Virus record (IMG/VR): IMGVR_UViG_3300003375_000020
Coordinates: 19,380-83,379 of that record
Strand: one strand, 5' to 3'
From: a virus
Lineage: Duplodnaviria > Caudoviricetes
DNA length: 64,000 nucleotides
Below the pieces are notes generated by a model. The model saw only the letters and a program-made list of their open reading frames with translations, was not told where the DNA came from and made no database searches. The position numbers were made by a program, and so were the translations under genes. Positions 35,519 through 46,155 of this stretch are shown here, piece by piece. Numbering within the stretch: the first letter of the stretch is position 1; each line of letters opens with the position of its first letter.

Positions 35519-36801
35519 TACAATTAGAAAATATACAATCATTAGTAGGAAACCACGTAGCACCCTACATATATAATGCTAAAAACTTTGAACCCGGTAA
35601 AACACCAGTTTATTATTCTGGACCTTATTGGGACAATAAAGAAACTGAAGCCGCTATAGAATCTTTTTTAAATGGTAAATGGATTACCGCTGGAGAAAAA
35701 GTATACAAATTCGAAAATGCTTTTAGTAAGCGCTTTAATACTAAGCATTCTCACATGGTAAATTCTGGTAGTTCCGCTAACTTAGTACTTATTGCGGCGT
35801 TGAAGAAAAGATTTGCTTGGAAAGACGACGATGAAATAATTGTATCTCCGGTAGGTTTTGCAACAACTATATCGGTGCTTCACCAAAATAGATTAAAACC
35901 TGTATTTGTTGACATTGAATGGGACACATTGAATTTTGATGTTGATCAAATTGAATCAAAAATTACAGATAAAACAAAAGGTATTTTTGTATCTCCTGTG
36001 TTAGGAAATCCTCCTGACATGGATAAGTTAAAAGCGCTTGCACTAAAATACGATTTAAAATTAATTGGAGATAATTGTGATAGTTTAGGAACTGTATGGG
36101 GACAACAATTATTAACTGATTATTATGTGGCCTATTCTAATTCATTTTATCCTGCTCACCATATTTCTACTGGAGAAGGCGGAATGATCTGTACTAATGA
36201 TGATGAATTAAAAAAATTATTTGTTAGCTTAAGTTGGTGGGGTAGAGATTGCTATTGTATAGGATCTGCTAATTTACTTGCTTGTGGAACGTGTGGAAAT
36301 AGATTTGATAAATGGTTAGAAAACTATGATGGAATAATTGATCACAAGTACGTATTTAGTGAAATGGGATATAATTTAAAACCATTAGATTTACAAGGCG
36401 CAATCGGTTTAGTTCAATTAGATAAACTATCAGAAATAGAAACTAATAGAAGAAGATCTAATCACATTATATCTAAAATATTTACAGACAATATTCCAGG
36501 ATTAAGAACTCCGCTAACATTAGAACACGCAAAACCTTGTTGGTTCGGTACACCATTCATTTGTGATGAACCAGGATTAAAACATAGATTAGTTGCTTTT
36601 TTAGAAGAGAATAAAATTCAAACTAGAAACTATTTTGCAGGAAATATTTTATTACACCCAGGATACGAATTATTAGGAGATTATAGAGATTTTCCTGAAG
36701 CAAATAAAGTATTGGATAAAGTATTTTTTATTGGAGCTGCTCCTCATTATACAGAGCCAGTATTCAATTATATAGAAGAAACTGTTAAAAAATTTAAATA
36801 A
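35515..36801 (+). CDS. rfbH: RfbH/AscC-type 4-keto-6-deoxysugar 3-dehydrase (DegT/DnrJ family)
   Basis: NSGSSANL, SFYPAHHI..GEGG (His instead of Lys), WGRDCYC....CG.CG.RF. Confidence 0.88.
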   Translation: MIQLENIQSLVGNHVAPYIYNAKNFEPGKTPVYYSGPYWDNKETEAAIESFLNGKWITAGEKVYKFENAFSKRFNTKHSHMVNSGSSANLVLIAALKKRFAWKDDDEIIVSPVGFATTISVLHQNRLKPVFVDIEWDTLNFDVDQIESKITDKTKGIFVSPVLGNPPDMDKLKALALKYDLKLIGDNCDSLGTVWGQQLLTDYYVAYSNSFYPAHHISTGEGGMICTNDDELKKLFVSLSWWGRDCYCIGSANLLACGTCGNRFDKWLENYDGIIDHKYVFSEMGYNLKPLDLQGAIGLVQLDKLSEIETNRRRSNHIISKIFTDNIPGLRTPLTLEHAKPCWFGTPFICDEPGLKHRLVAFLEENKIQTRNYFAGNILLHPGYELLGDYRDFPEANKVLDKVFFIGAAPHYTEPVFNYIEETVKKFK

Positions 36802-37619
36802 TGATAGAAGTATTTGGAGGAACTGGATTTATAGGTTCGGAATTTTGTAAAAAATATCAATCAGAATGTCATATAGTTCCTAGAGAATCTTTAGAAGTAC
36901 CACAAGATTCAGCTATATTATATTTAATTAGTACAGTTGATAATTATAATGTTTTAGATAATCCATTTATTGATATTGAAACTAATTTAATTCATCTAAT
37001 GAAAGTGTTAAATGCTAACAAAAATAAAAATGTAACATTTCATTTTGTTAGTTCGTGGTTTGTATATGGAAATGTAAGATTACCGGCAACTGAAACATCT
37101 AAATGTAAACCTAAAGGGTTTTATTCTATCACAAAATTGGCGGCAGAACAACTAATAGAGTCTTATTGTAAAACTTTTAAAATTAATTATACAATAATTA
37201 GATTAGCAAATGTGGTTGGAAAAAGCGATAGCAAAGTATCAAAAAAGAAAAATGCATTACAATTTTTAATAGAAGAAATGAGAGAGCATCGTGATATTAA
37301 GCTATATCATTCAGGAAAATTTTATAGAGATTTTATACATGTTCAAGACGTTATAGATGGTCTTAGATTTATAATAGATAATGGAATTAGTGGAGAAATA
37401 TATAATTTAGGATCTACAGCGAAACCAACTGCATTTATTGATGTTATAAATTATGTGCATAAAAAATTAAATTCTAAAAGTAAAATTGGTAGCATGAAAC
37501 CTACTGAGTTTCATAGTATAGTACAAGTAAAAGATATGTATTTAGAATGTAGTAAATTAACTAATTTAGGATTTACACCTTCAAAAACAGTCTACGAAAC
37601 TATAGATACATTAATATGA
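36801..37619 (+). CDS. NAD-dependent epimerase/dehydratase (extended SDR)
   Basis: GGTGFIG, SSWFVYG, YSITK. Confidence 0.85.
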   Translation: MIEVFGGTGFIGSEFCKKYQSECHIVPRESLEVPQDSAILYLISTVDNYNVLDNPFIDIETNLIHLMKVLNANKNKNVTFHFVSSWFVYGNVRLPATETSKCKPKGFYSITKLAAEQLIESYCKTFKINYTIIRLANVVGKSDSKVSKKKNALQFLIEEMREHRDIKLYHSGKFYRDFIHVQDVIDGLRFIIDNGISGEIYNLGSTAKPTAFIDVINYVHKKLNSKSKIGSMKPTEFHSIVQVKDMYLECSKLTNLGFTPSKTVYETIDTLI

Positions 37620-37672
37620 TAACGTATAAAGAAATAGGACATTTTGGTCAGTAGATTAAAATTTAAAACAAA

Positions 37673-38521
37673 ATGATTTCATTCAAGTACATAGGAAAGC
37701 ATGGCCGACTCGGAAATCAAATGTTTCAATTCGCTGCAACAGTTGGTATCGCTAGAAAAATAAACAAAGGCTTCGCATTTCCAAAAGAGAACACAGAAAT
37801 ACCAAGCGTAGAAGATTTTAAAGACGGAGTTACGAGAGAAGTATATTTTGATTTACCAAAATATTTTCCCAATGTAGCAATGACCTTAGCTCCACTAAAT
37901 CAGATAGAAACAAATTATGTAGCGCAAGAACCAGGGTTTCATTTCTTTCCAGAATTTTTTGCTATACCTAATCAGACCAATTTGATGGGATACTTTCAGA
38001 CTGAAAAGTACTTCGAACACTGCTCTGATTTAATATTAGAATTTTTTCAATTCGATAGAGAGATAAAGAAAAAAGCAGAGAATGTATTACCAAAAATACC
38101 TGGAAACCCTGAACTAGTATCGGTTCACGTTAGAGTGGGAGATTACAAAGCACTACAACAGTTTCACCCAGTAATGAATGCAAATTATTATTTCAGCGCA
38201 ATGATGGAATTCAGTGACGAAGATCATAACACAGACAAGTACTTTGTAGTATTCTCAGACGATATAGAATACGCCAAGAGCTTATTCGGAGAATCGGAAT
38301 GCATAATCTATATGGAAAATAACGAACCCGAAGTAGATATGTGTGCAATGAGTATGTGCCATCATAACATAATAGCGAACAGTTCATTTAGTTGGTGGGC
38401 TGCATGGTTAAATAAAAATCCTAATAAAAAAGTAGTAGCTCCTAAAAATTGGTTTGGTCCAGCGTATGAAGGAGTTCACAATACAAAAGACTTATACCCA
38501 GAATCATGGATAATAGTTTAA
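37673..38521 (+). CDS. GT11 alpha-1,2-fucosyltransferase-like
   Basis: GRLGNQMFQFA, VHVRVGDY, FSDD, SSFSWWAAWL. Confidence 0.92.
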   Translation: MISFKYIGKHGRLGNQMFQFAATVGIARKINKGFAFPKENTEIPSVEDFKDGVTREVYFDLPKYFPNVAMTLAPLNQIETNYVAQEPGFHFFPEFFAIPNQTNLMGYFQTEKYFEHCSDLILEFFQFDREIKKKAENVLPKIPGNPELVSVHVRVGDYKALQQFHPVMNANYYFSAMMEFSDEDHNTDKYFVVFSDDIEYAKSLFGESECIIYMENNEPEVDMCAMSMCHHNIIANSSFSWWAAWLNKNPNKKVVAPKNWFGPAYEGVHNTKDLYPESWIIV

Positions 38522-39228
38522 AACCACTTTTTAGTATTGCTATCCCTACGTGGGAAATCAATGGTAAAGGAGCAGAATATTTAGAACATTCTTTCAATAT
38601 ATTAGCTCAACAAACATTTCAATACTTTGAAATAGTTATTTCAGATCATAGTTTAAATGATGATATAAAAGATGTGTGTGAAAAATGGCATCATCCAACA
38701 TATCTTCTAAATATAGTTTATCTAAGAAATGATATTGGTAGAGGTAGAATAGCACCAAATATAAATAATGCTATAAAAAATTGTAATGGAGAATATATTA
38801 AAATCTTATTTCAAGACGATTTTCTATATAATGTAGATTCTTTAGAAATAATATTTAATAGCATAGTTCTTAATTTAAATCAAAAATGGTTTATTACAGG
38901 ATGTGCTCATACAAAAAATTGTATTGATCTTTATGATCCTATGGTACCTTATTATCATGATAGAATTTATGCAGGCGTAAACACTATTAGTTGTCCGTCT
39001 GTATTAACTATCAAGAATGAAGATCCACTACTGTTTAATGAGACTCTGAATTGGTTGGTTGATGTAGAATACTATAAACGATTGTATGATAAGCACGGGT
39101 ACCCGACAGTGATAGAGAGCATTTGTACTGTAAATAGAGATTCAGATGTGAGAACTACTACAATGATAACTGAACAACAGAAAATAGAAGAAACACAAAG
39201 AGTAATAAGTTGGTATGAAAATAAATAA
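38506..39228 (+). CDS. Glycosyltransferase family 2
   Basis: FSIAIPTWE, ISDHS, N.N.AI, LFQDDF. Confidence 0.85.
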   Translation: MDNSLKPLFSIAIPTWEINGKGAEYLEHSFNILAQQTFQYFEIVISDHSLNDDIKDVCEKWHHPTYLLNIVYLRNDIGRGRIAPNINNAIKNCNGEYIKILFQDDFLYNVDSLEIIFNSIVLNLNQKWFITGCAHTKNCIDLYDPMVPYYHDRIYAGVNTISCPSVLTIKNEDPLLFNETLNWLVDVEYYKRLYDKHGYPTVIESICTVNRDSDVRTTTMITEQQKIEETQRVISWYENK

Positions 39229-39871
39229 TGTTACAATTGCTGGTGTAGCAGGCACAAAAGCTTTAGAAACTTTAAAAGCTATCAAGTATTCAATGAGAGA
39301 GTTAGAGTTCAACAGAGCAATTCTAATCACTCCAGAAGAAGTACAAGATGATGAAGTAGAAATAATAAAATGTGAACCTTTAAACTATGAACAATACAAT
39401 CATTTTATAGTGTACAGATTGCATGAGTATATTAACACTACTCATTGCTTATTAGTTCAAAACGATGGATATGTAGTCAATCCTGATATGTGGAAAGATG
39501 AATGGTTAGAATACGATTATATAGGCGCTGCGTGGCCTTTACCTCAAGACGATTTTTCTTTCAGGGATTCTGAAGGTAATTTACAAAGAGTGGGTAATGG
39601 AGGATTTACACTAAGAAGTAAAAAATTATTGGAACTTGCAAATATATTAAATTTAGAATGGAAACAATATTATGGGTATTATCATGAAGACGGATTTTTT
39701 TGTTGCCACAATAGAAAGGCATACGAATTAGAAGGTTGTAAATTTGCACCACTAGAAGTAGCAATAGAATTCAGTCACGAAGAAATGATTCCAGAAAACT
39801 ATGGAAATATACCATTTGGTTTTCATGGCAAAAATAATTTTTATTACAAGTTAACACAAAAAAGTTTATAA
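39215..39871 (+). CDS. DUF5672-like protein
   Basis: Q.DG, YDYIGA.W, VGNGGF.LRS. Confidence 0.75.
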   Translation: MKINNVTIAGVAGTKALETLKAIKYSMRELEFNRAILITPEEVQDDEVEIIKCEPLNYEQYNHFIVYRLHEYINTTHCLLVQNDGYVVNPDMWKDEWLEYDYIGAAWPLPQDDFSFRDSEGNLQRVGNGGFTLRSKKLLELANILNLEWKQYYGYYHEDGFFCCHNRKAYELEGCKFAPLEVAIEFSHEEMIPENYGNIPFGFHGKNNFYYKLTQKSL

Positions 39872-40449
39872 TGATAAAAGAAGAAAGATTACAAGAGTTA
39901 TTTAAAATACCAAGAATGGGACACGCTGCGCTAGAAGATCATAACAGTGTAAGAGGATTATATGAATTAGTAAAAATTCACGTTAATGAAAATACAGAAA
40001 TGGTAGAAATTGGATCTTTTCAAGGAGTTTCTACGATGTTATTTTCTATGTTTGCTAAAGTAGTATACAGTGTTGATTGTTATGATTACGTAGTACCTGC
40101 AACAGGAAGAATTCCTTCTCATGATCAATTATTTGTTGACGCAGAAAAATTATTTTTAGAAAGAACATCTCACATAGAAAATATTATTAAAATCAGAAAA
40201 TCTAGTGTAGAAGCATCGAATGATTTTAAAGATGAATCATTAGATTTGGTATATGTAGATGCAGAACATGATCCAATTAGTGTTAGATCAGATATTAATG
40301 CGTGGAAAAATAAAATTAAAAGTGGAGGTATTTTATGTGGTCATGATTTTTATCTTCCACACATATACACAATTTTATACGAAGAAAATCTAATAAATGA
40401 TTTAGTAACTTACCCAGACAGTTCATGGTCTGTAATAATAAAAAGATAG
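39871..40449 (+). CDS. Class I SAM-dependent methyltransferase
   Basis: VEIGSFQG.ST, DLVYVDAEH, GG..CGHDF. Confidence 0.88.
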   Translation: MIKEERLQELFKIPRMGHAALEDHNSVRGLYELVKIHVNENTEMVEIGSFQGVSTMLFSMFAKVVYSVDCYDYVVPATGRIPSHDQLFVDAEKLFLERTSHIENIIKIRKSSVEASNDFKDESLDLVYVDAEHDPISVRSDINAWKNKIKSGGILCGHDFYLPHIYTILYEENLINDLVTYPDSSWSVIIKR

Positions 40450-40456
40450 TAATTAT

Positions 40457-41452
40457 ATGAAAGTATTAATAACAGGAGTAGCAGGATTATTAGGATCTAG
40501 ATTAGCAGATTGGATTTTATTATATCATCCAGAAGTTGAAGTAATCGGTATTGATGATTTGTCTGGAGGATACATAGAAAATATAAATCCTAAAGTAAAA
40601 TTTTGGAAACGTAATTTAGTAGATTCTGAATTAGATTCTATTTTTAAAGAGGGCATAGACTACGTATTTCATTTCGCTGCATACGCGGCTGAAGGATTAT
40701 CACCATTTATAAGAAGCTATAATTATCAAAATAATTTAGTTGCGACTGCAAAAATAGTAAATAATTGTATTAAGTACGATGTAAAAAGATTAATTTTTAC
40801 TTCTACATTAGCAGTATATGGTCATGGATATGGAGGAGTATTTGATGAAACTCAAATTCCGGCCCCAATAGATCCTTATGGAGTTGCAAAATATGCATGT
40901 GAAATGGATATTCAAATCGCAGGTGAACAACATGGATTAGACTGGTGTATTATTCGTCCTCATAATGTGTATGGTAAAAATCAAAATATTTGGGATAAAT
41001 ATAGAAATGTATTGGGTATTTGGATGTATCAGCATTTAAATGGATTACCAACAACAATATTTGGAGATGGCTCTCAAACTAGAGCATTTAGTCATATATT
41101 TGATATTTTACAACCACTGTGGAATTCAGCTATATCTTCAAAAGCGTCAAAACAAATCATTAATTTAGGAGGTATAGAAGAATGGACTATAAATGATGCT
41201 AATATACTTTTAAGACAGGTGATAAATGAAAATGAATACACTGTAGAATATAAAGAAGGAAGACACGAAGTTAAACATGCAATTCCTACATGGAAAAAAT
41301 CAATGGGTATCCTTGGATTCGAACATAGAATTTCATTAGAAGACGGATTGCGAGATATGTGGCGTTGGGCAAAAGAACAACCAAAAAGATCTCAGTTTGT
41401 TTGGGAAAATTACGAAATAGATAACGGTATTTATTCATTTTGGAAAAAATAA
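40457..41452 (+). CDS. NAD-dependent epimerase/dehydratase
   Basis: TGVAGLLG, HFAAYAAEG, DPYGVAK, RPHNVYG. Confidence 0.9.
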   Translation: MKVLITGVAGLLGSRLADWILLYHPEVEVIGIDDLSGGYIENINPKVKFWKRNLVDSELDSIFKEGIDYVFHFAAYAAEGLSPFIRSYNYQNNLVATAKIVNNCIKYDVKRLIFTSTLAVYGHGYGGVFDETQIPAPIDPYGVAKYACEMDIQIAGEQHGLDWCIIRPHNVYGKNQNIWDKYRNVLGIWMYQHLNGLPTTIFGDGSQTRAFSHIFDILQPLWNSAISSKASKQIINLGGIEEWTINDANILLRQVINENEYTVEYKEGRHEVKHAIPTWKKSMGILGFEHRISLEDGLRDMWRWAKEQPKRSQFVWENYEIDNGIYSFWKK

Positions 41453-41454
41453 TT

Positions 41455-42348
41455 ATGATTTATACATCTTTTCTTTTCGGTCAAGGATTTGGAAATCAAT
41501 TAGCATGTTATGTAACTACTAGAGCTATAGCTAAAAAAAATGGTTATGAATTTGGTTATATGGGTTTAGAAAATTTTGGAGATAGAAGATACAATGATAA
41601 AGGCGTGTATTTCATGGATATAAATTTAGGTAAAGAAGTAAAAGAATTATATCATGATACATACACAGAAAAAGAAATAAGAATTAAATTTAACCATTCT
41701 GAACATGATCGTACTCATGGTTGTGATATAAGATTGATCGATCAAAATTTATTAAATGTACCTGATAATACAAAAATTATGGGTATTATGCAAGGAGAAG
41801 ATTATTTTTGGGATTATAAAGAAGAAATTAAAGATTGGTTAAAAGTAAAAGAAGAATTTGATTGTAAAGATTTTAGAAGCGATGATATATGCGTTTTAAA
41901 TATTAGAGACTATGAAGCTGATCCTATTTTATTTTTATCAAGAGATTATTGGGTTAGATCGATATACCACATGTTGAATATCAATCCTAATATGCAGTTT
42001 TTAATTATCACAGAGAATCCTGATACCGCAAAAAGATTATTGCCAGAATTAGCTGATAATGTATATCATTTTGATTTAGCAAAGGATTATTCAATCATTA
42101 AAAATGCAAAGTGGTTAGTTATATCTAATTCAAGTTTTGCATATTTTCCTACATTTTGTTCTGACGCTAATTTAATCATAGCACCTAAATATTGGTCAAG
42201 GCATAACGTAAGTAATGGATATTGGTCTTGTGGATACAATATTTCTCGTAAATTTACTTATATGGATAGAGAAGGAAAATTACAAACTTATAATGAGTGT
42301 TTAAGAGAATTTGAATTATATAAACAGCAATCAAAAATATATGGCTAA
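41455..42348 (+). CDS. Second GT11-like glycosyltransferase
   Basis: GQGFGNQL, LNIR, SNSSFA.FP; start at 41455. Confidence 0.7.
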   Translation: MIYTSFLFGQGFGNQLACYVTTRAIAKKNGYEFGYMGLENFGDRRYNDKGVYFMDINLGKEVKELYHDTYTEKEIRIKFNHSEHDRTHGCDIRLIDQNLLNVPDNTKIMGIMQGEDYFWDYKEEIKDWLKVKEEFDCKDFRSDDICVLNIRDYEADPILFLSRDYWVRSIYHMLNINPNMQFLIITENPDTAKRLLPELADNVYHFDLAKDYSIIKNAKWLVISNSSFAYFPTFCSDANLIIAPKYWSRHNVSNGYWSCGYNISRKFTYMDREGKLQTYNECLREFELYKQQSKIYG

Positions 42349-43198
42349 AATATATGATATTTTTACTTTCTATAATGAATTAGATCTATTAGAATTAAGA
42401 TTGGAAATGCTTAATGATTATGTTGATAAATTTGTTTTAATTGAATGTGTACAAACTTTTTCAAGAAAACCAAAAGAACTTTATTTTGAAAAAAATAAGA
42501 ACAGATTTGAAAAATATAAAGATAAAATAATTCATCATATTACATACGATCCTCCTCAATCATACGATGATTTAAGACAGAGGATTTTAAATCCTGATAT
42601 AGACGATTTAACTAAACAAATTTGTATGCAGGCTTTGACAACTTCAAATGTGCCTCCAGGAGAATTACATTGGTTAAACGAATTTTATCAAAAAGAAAGT
42701 ATTCGTAAAGCTTTAGTTGGATTAGAAGATGATGATTTATGTTTTATAACTGATTTAGATGAATACTGGAATCCAGAAATTTCTTACAACATAGAAGATA
42801 ATAAGATATACAAATTAAAACAATTAGTATATTCTACTTATATGAATGTAAGATCTAATGAACCATGGGCAGGAACTTTGTTGACTAAATATAAAAATAT
42901 TAAAAATGCGTGTTTAAATCATTTAAGAACTCCGTCAAAAACGCAGTATGAGTATATTGATAATGGAGGTTGGCACTTTACATTCATGGGTGGAGTAGAT
43001 CAAATAAAATTAAAATTAGAAGCTTATGGACATCAAGAATACAATAATGATAATATTAAAAATCAAATAGGTAATAACTTATCTGCTACTAAAGATGTAT
43101 TAGGAAGATCAGAATTTAAATTTTGGTTAGATGCATCTAATTTACCTACTTATATATTAAATAATAAGCAAAAATATAAACAATTTTTTAAATGCTAA
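42341..43198 (+). CDS. GT17 (GnT-III-like) N-acetylglucosaminyltransferase
   Basis: YDIF.F.NELDLLE.R, DLDE, GGWHF.F; start at 42341. Confidence 0.85.
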   Translation: MAKIYDIFTFYNELDLLELRLEMLNDYVDKFVLIECVQTFSRKPKELYFEKNKNRFEKYKDKIIHHITYDPPQSYDDLRQRILNPDIDDLTKQICMQALTTSNVPPGELHWLNEFYQKESIRKALVGLEDDDLCFITDLDEYWNPEISYNIEDNKIYKLKQLVYSTYMNVRSNEPWAGTLLTKYKNIKNACLNHLRTPSKTQYEYIDNGGWHFTFMGGVDQIKLKLEAYGHQEYNNDNIKNQIGNNLSATKDVLGRSEFKFWLDASNLPTYILNNKQKYKQFFKC

Positions 43199-44334
43199 CA
43201 TTTTGCATCCCTTCGAAAAATAATTTAAGGTATTTAAAACCTTGTATACAATCTATTAAAGATAATTCTTATTATAAAGATAATGAGATACTTGTTTACG
43301 TAGATCAAGACAATGATGGAACTTGTGATTGGTTAAAGGATCAAAGAATTAGATTCATTAAAAATGAATACATTGATCCATTGGGAATCGGGCATGCTTA
43401 TGATGAAATGTTTTTAGAAGCTAAATACGATTACGTAATCGCATTCCACGCAGACATGATATTAGGTCCAAATGCAGATAAACATTTACTAGATTTAAAA
43501 ACTAATAACAATGTCGTATGCGCTACACGAATAGAACCACCTCTCCATCCAGAAGGAATAGAAAAAATAGTTAAAGATTTTGGTATGTGGCCAGAAGATT
43601 TAAAGATTGAAGAATTTAATCAATTTGTAAAAGAGAATGGAAGTGATAAGATAACTAAAAGTATCTTTGCTCCATGGCTAATACATCGTGATCAGCATTT
43701 AGGGCACGATCCCATATTTTTATCTGTTTTTGAAGACGCAGACTTATTTAGAAGAATGAAGTTAGCGGGATACGATCTAATTCAATCTTGGAAAGCCATG
43801 GTATACCATCTAACTTGTAGAGGAGGTCAATTTGCTCACGCAGAAAAAATGGAAGATTTTCAAAATAAAAGTGAAGATTGGAATAAAAACAATGCAATTT
43901 CAATGTACGAATACATTAGAAAATGGGGAGCATTTATTCAACATTCTAGTACATTGGATCCAATACCAAATATTAAATACAATATAGGTATCGAAATAAA
44001 TAATTGTAAGAGCGAACAGATATTAAGTGTAGAACCTTATTTTGATCACATTAAAATTGATAACATTGATATTAAATCTTATTGTGATTATATTCAACCT
44101 TATACATCGTTTGATATAGCATCTAAATTTGTAAATGAATTAACCGATGATATTATATTAATTGTTGATTATAATGATATGATCAAACCTGAAAATATGT
44201 TTCAAGCTTTAATAGGAAACTTACAAAGTCTAATTCATCATGATGCAGACGATTTAGGAATATATGAATTAGGACCATTTAAATTAAACATAAAGAAAAA
44301 AGAACCACAACAACCAAGATTAAAATTATGTTAA
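43192..44334 (+). CDS. Glycosyltransferase family 2
   Basis: HADM, RIEPPLHP, EDAD, YHLTCRG. Confidence 0.85.
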   Translation: MLTFCIPSKNNLRYLKPCIQSIKDNSYYKDNEILVYVDQDNDGTCDWLKDQRIRFIKNEYIDPLGIGHAYDEMFLEAKYDYVIAFHADMILGPNADKHLLDLKTNNNVVCATRIEPPLHPEGIEKIVKDFGMWPEDLKIEEFNQFVKENGSDKITKSIFAPWLIHRDQHLGHDPIFLSVFEDADLFRRMKLAGYDLIQSWKAMVYHLTCRGGQFAHAEKMEDFQNKSEDWNKNNAISMYEYIRKWGAFIQHSSTLDPIPNIKYNIGIEINNCKSEQILSVEPYFDHIKIDNIDIKSYCDYIQPYTSFDIASKFVNELTDDIILIVDYNDMIKPENMFQALIGNLQSLIHHDADDLGIYELGPFKLNIKKKEPQQPRLKLC

Positions 44335-45530
44335 CACAAAAAGACGTTACATTGGTTATACCTGCTTACAATAATTTAAGACATTTAAAAAATGCGTATG
44401 ATAGTATTAAAAGAAACGCACCAGAAGTAAAAGTAATTTTATTAGATGATGGATCTACAGACGATACATTTGAATGGTTAAAATCTTTAGAACTCGATAA
44501 ACAAATCAGTGTAATTTATAGATCAGAAGAAAGAGTAGGTCACACAATTTTATACGATAAAGGTATGGCATTAGCTAGAACTTTAATTGTAGGAGTATTA
44601 CATGCAGATATGATCATAGGTCCAAACTATATAGAGAACATACTTAAGCATTTAAAACGTGGTACGGTAGTATGTGGAACTAGAATAGAACCTCCTTTAC
44701 ATCCAGAAGGAAAAGAAAAAATCATTAAAGATTTTGGTATGGACTTTGATAGTTTGAATATAGAAGAATTTGAAAAGTTTGTAGAGGAAATTCAACTAAA
44801 AATAAAAAATAGTATTTACGATAATGGAATAAAAACTACTAAAGGCATGTTTGCCCCATGGATTTTATACAAAGAGGATTTTAATAAAGTAGGAGGACAT
44901 GATAAGATTTTTGCACCGTTTCCATACGAAGATTCTGACATTTTTCAAAGATGGATGCTTGCAGGATACGAATTAATTCAATCAAGAGATGCTCTAGTTT
45001 ATCACTTAACTTGTAGAGGTCATAGATGGACCGATAAAATTGGTCATGATGATCAGTATTTTCAAAATGCTAGTAACAAATCAGCAAGAAATTACATTAG
45101 AAAGTGGGGAAGTTGGATTCAAAATGATGAATATCAATTACCCATTATTCCAAAGAAATATGACATTGGAATTGTTTTACAGGGATCATCTTATAATACT
45201 TTATTGCTGAATATATTAGAACCATGGTGTTCAAACATTTATATAAGTGATGAAGACATTGTCTCTGAATATATTAAAAATGAACAGCCAAATACTCTAA
45301 TAGATCTAAAAAGTAAATTTAAAATAGATCAAGAACCAACAAATGACATAATTCTTGTGATATCTATAAATGAATTTAGTAATGGTTCTGCTGAAGTATT
45401 ACAAAATTTACAAGCTATAATAGCAGAACACGGTGAAGTAGCTGATTTTGAATTACAAAACATGATTCTTAGTATTAGGAAAATGAATCCAATACAAATA
45501 CCTATTGAACCACTATTTCCTACCACTTAA
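44328..45530 (+). CDS. Glycosyltransferase family 2 (paralog of the upstream gene)
   Basis: IPAYN, DDGSTD, HADM, RIEPPLHP, EDSD, YHLTCRG. Confidence 0.88.
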   Translation: MLTQKDVTLVIPAYNNLRHLKNAYDSIKRNAPEVKVILLDDGSTDDTFEWLKSLELDKQISVIYRSEERVGHTILYDKGMALARTLIVGVLHADMIIGPNYIENILKHLKRGTVVCGTRIEPPLHPEGKEKIIKDFGMDFDSLNIEEFEKFVEEIQLKIKNSIYDNGIKTTKGMFAPWILYKEDFNKVGGHDKIFAPFPYEDSDIFQRWMLAGYELIQSRDALVYHLTCRGHRWTDKIGHDDQYFQNASNKSARNYIRKWGSWIQNDEYQLPIIPKKYDIGIVLQGSSYNTLLLNILEPWCSNIYISDEDIVSEYIKNEQPNTLIDLKSKFKIDQEPTNDIILVISINEFSNGSAEVLQNLQAIIAEHGEVADFELQNMILSIRKMNPIQIPIEPLFPTT

Positions 45531-45560
45531 TTTGATATTTATTACCAAAGATTATTTAGA

Positions 45561-45890
45561 ATGGCAAATATACTTTCAACTCCAAGATATTCGGTTAGCT
45601 TAACAGTTGACGGAGAAAAGGTTAACATACCCTTACAATTTGATTTATCTTCTGCAGATTCAAAGAAAGGCATAAATATGCAATTCATTTTGCCCAAAGA
45701 AAAGATACAAGATCCAAGAAAAAAACAAGAGTATGCAAATAAGATTTCGGTAGCATTACAAAAGAAATTTGGTGAAGCAGGAATTCCTATAGATTATAAT
45801 GAAAGAAACGCGTATTTAAACGTGGCTTCTTTTATAGTTCCTTTGAATGCTATATCAGCGTGGCTAATGAAAACTTTAAAAGGTGAGTAG
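45561..45890 (+). CDS. Hypothetical protein
   Basis: GATATTTAT upstream. Confidence 0.6.
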   Translation: MANILSTPRYSVSLTVDGEKVNIPLQFDLSSADSKKGINMQFILPKEKIQDPRKKQEYANKISVALQKKFGEAGIPIDYNERNAYLNVASFIVPLNAISAWLMKTLKGE

Positions 45891-46146
45891 TAAATTCTTA
45901 TTAGACTTATTTAAAAAAAATCTTACCAACGGTAAAGGAAGTACATTTTCTATTCAACAAAACCCTACTAATTATATAGAAAAAATGAGAGGATCTATAG
46001 ATCCAAATTTATTATTTTCCTCTCAAAAAAATTCAAGTGGAACAAATATACCTACTAATCCACCTACAATACCAACTTTTTATTTACTTGACTCTTTAGG
46101 TAGGATACTAACAACAGAAAATGGTTCAACTATATCAACACAATAA
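45883..46146 (+). CDS. Hypothetical protein, probably structural
   Basis: LLDSLGRILTTENG tail typical of virion-associated small proteins. Confidence 0.5.
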   Translation: MSSKFLLDLFKKNLTNGKGSTFSIQQNPTNYIEKMRGSIDPNLLFSSQKNSSGTNIPTNPPTIPTFYLLDSLGRILTTENGSTISTQ

Positions 46147-46155
46147 TTAAAAAAT

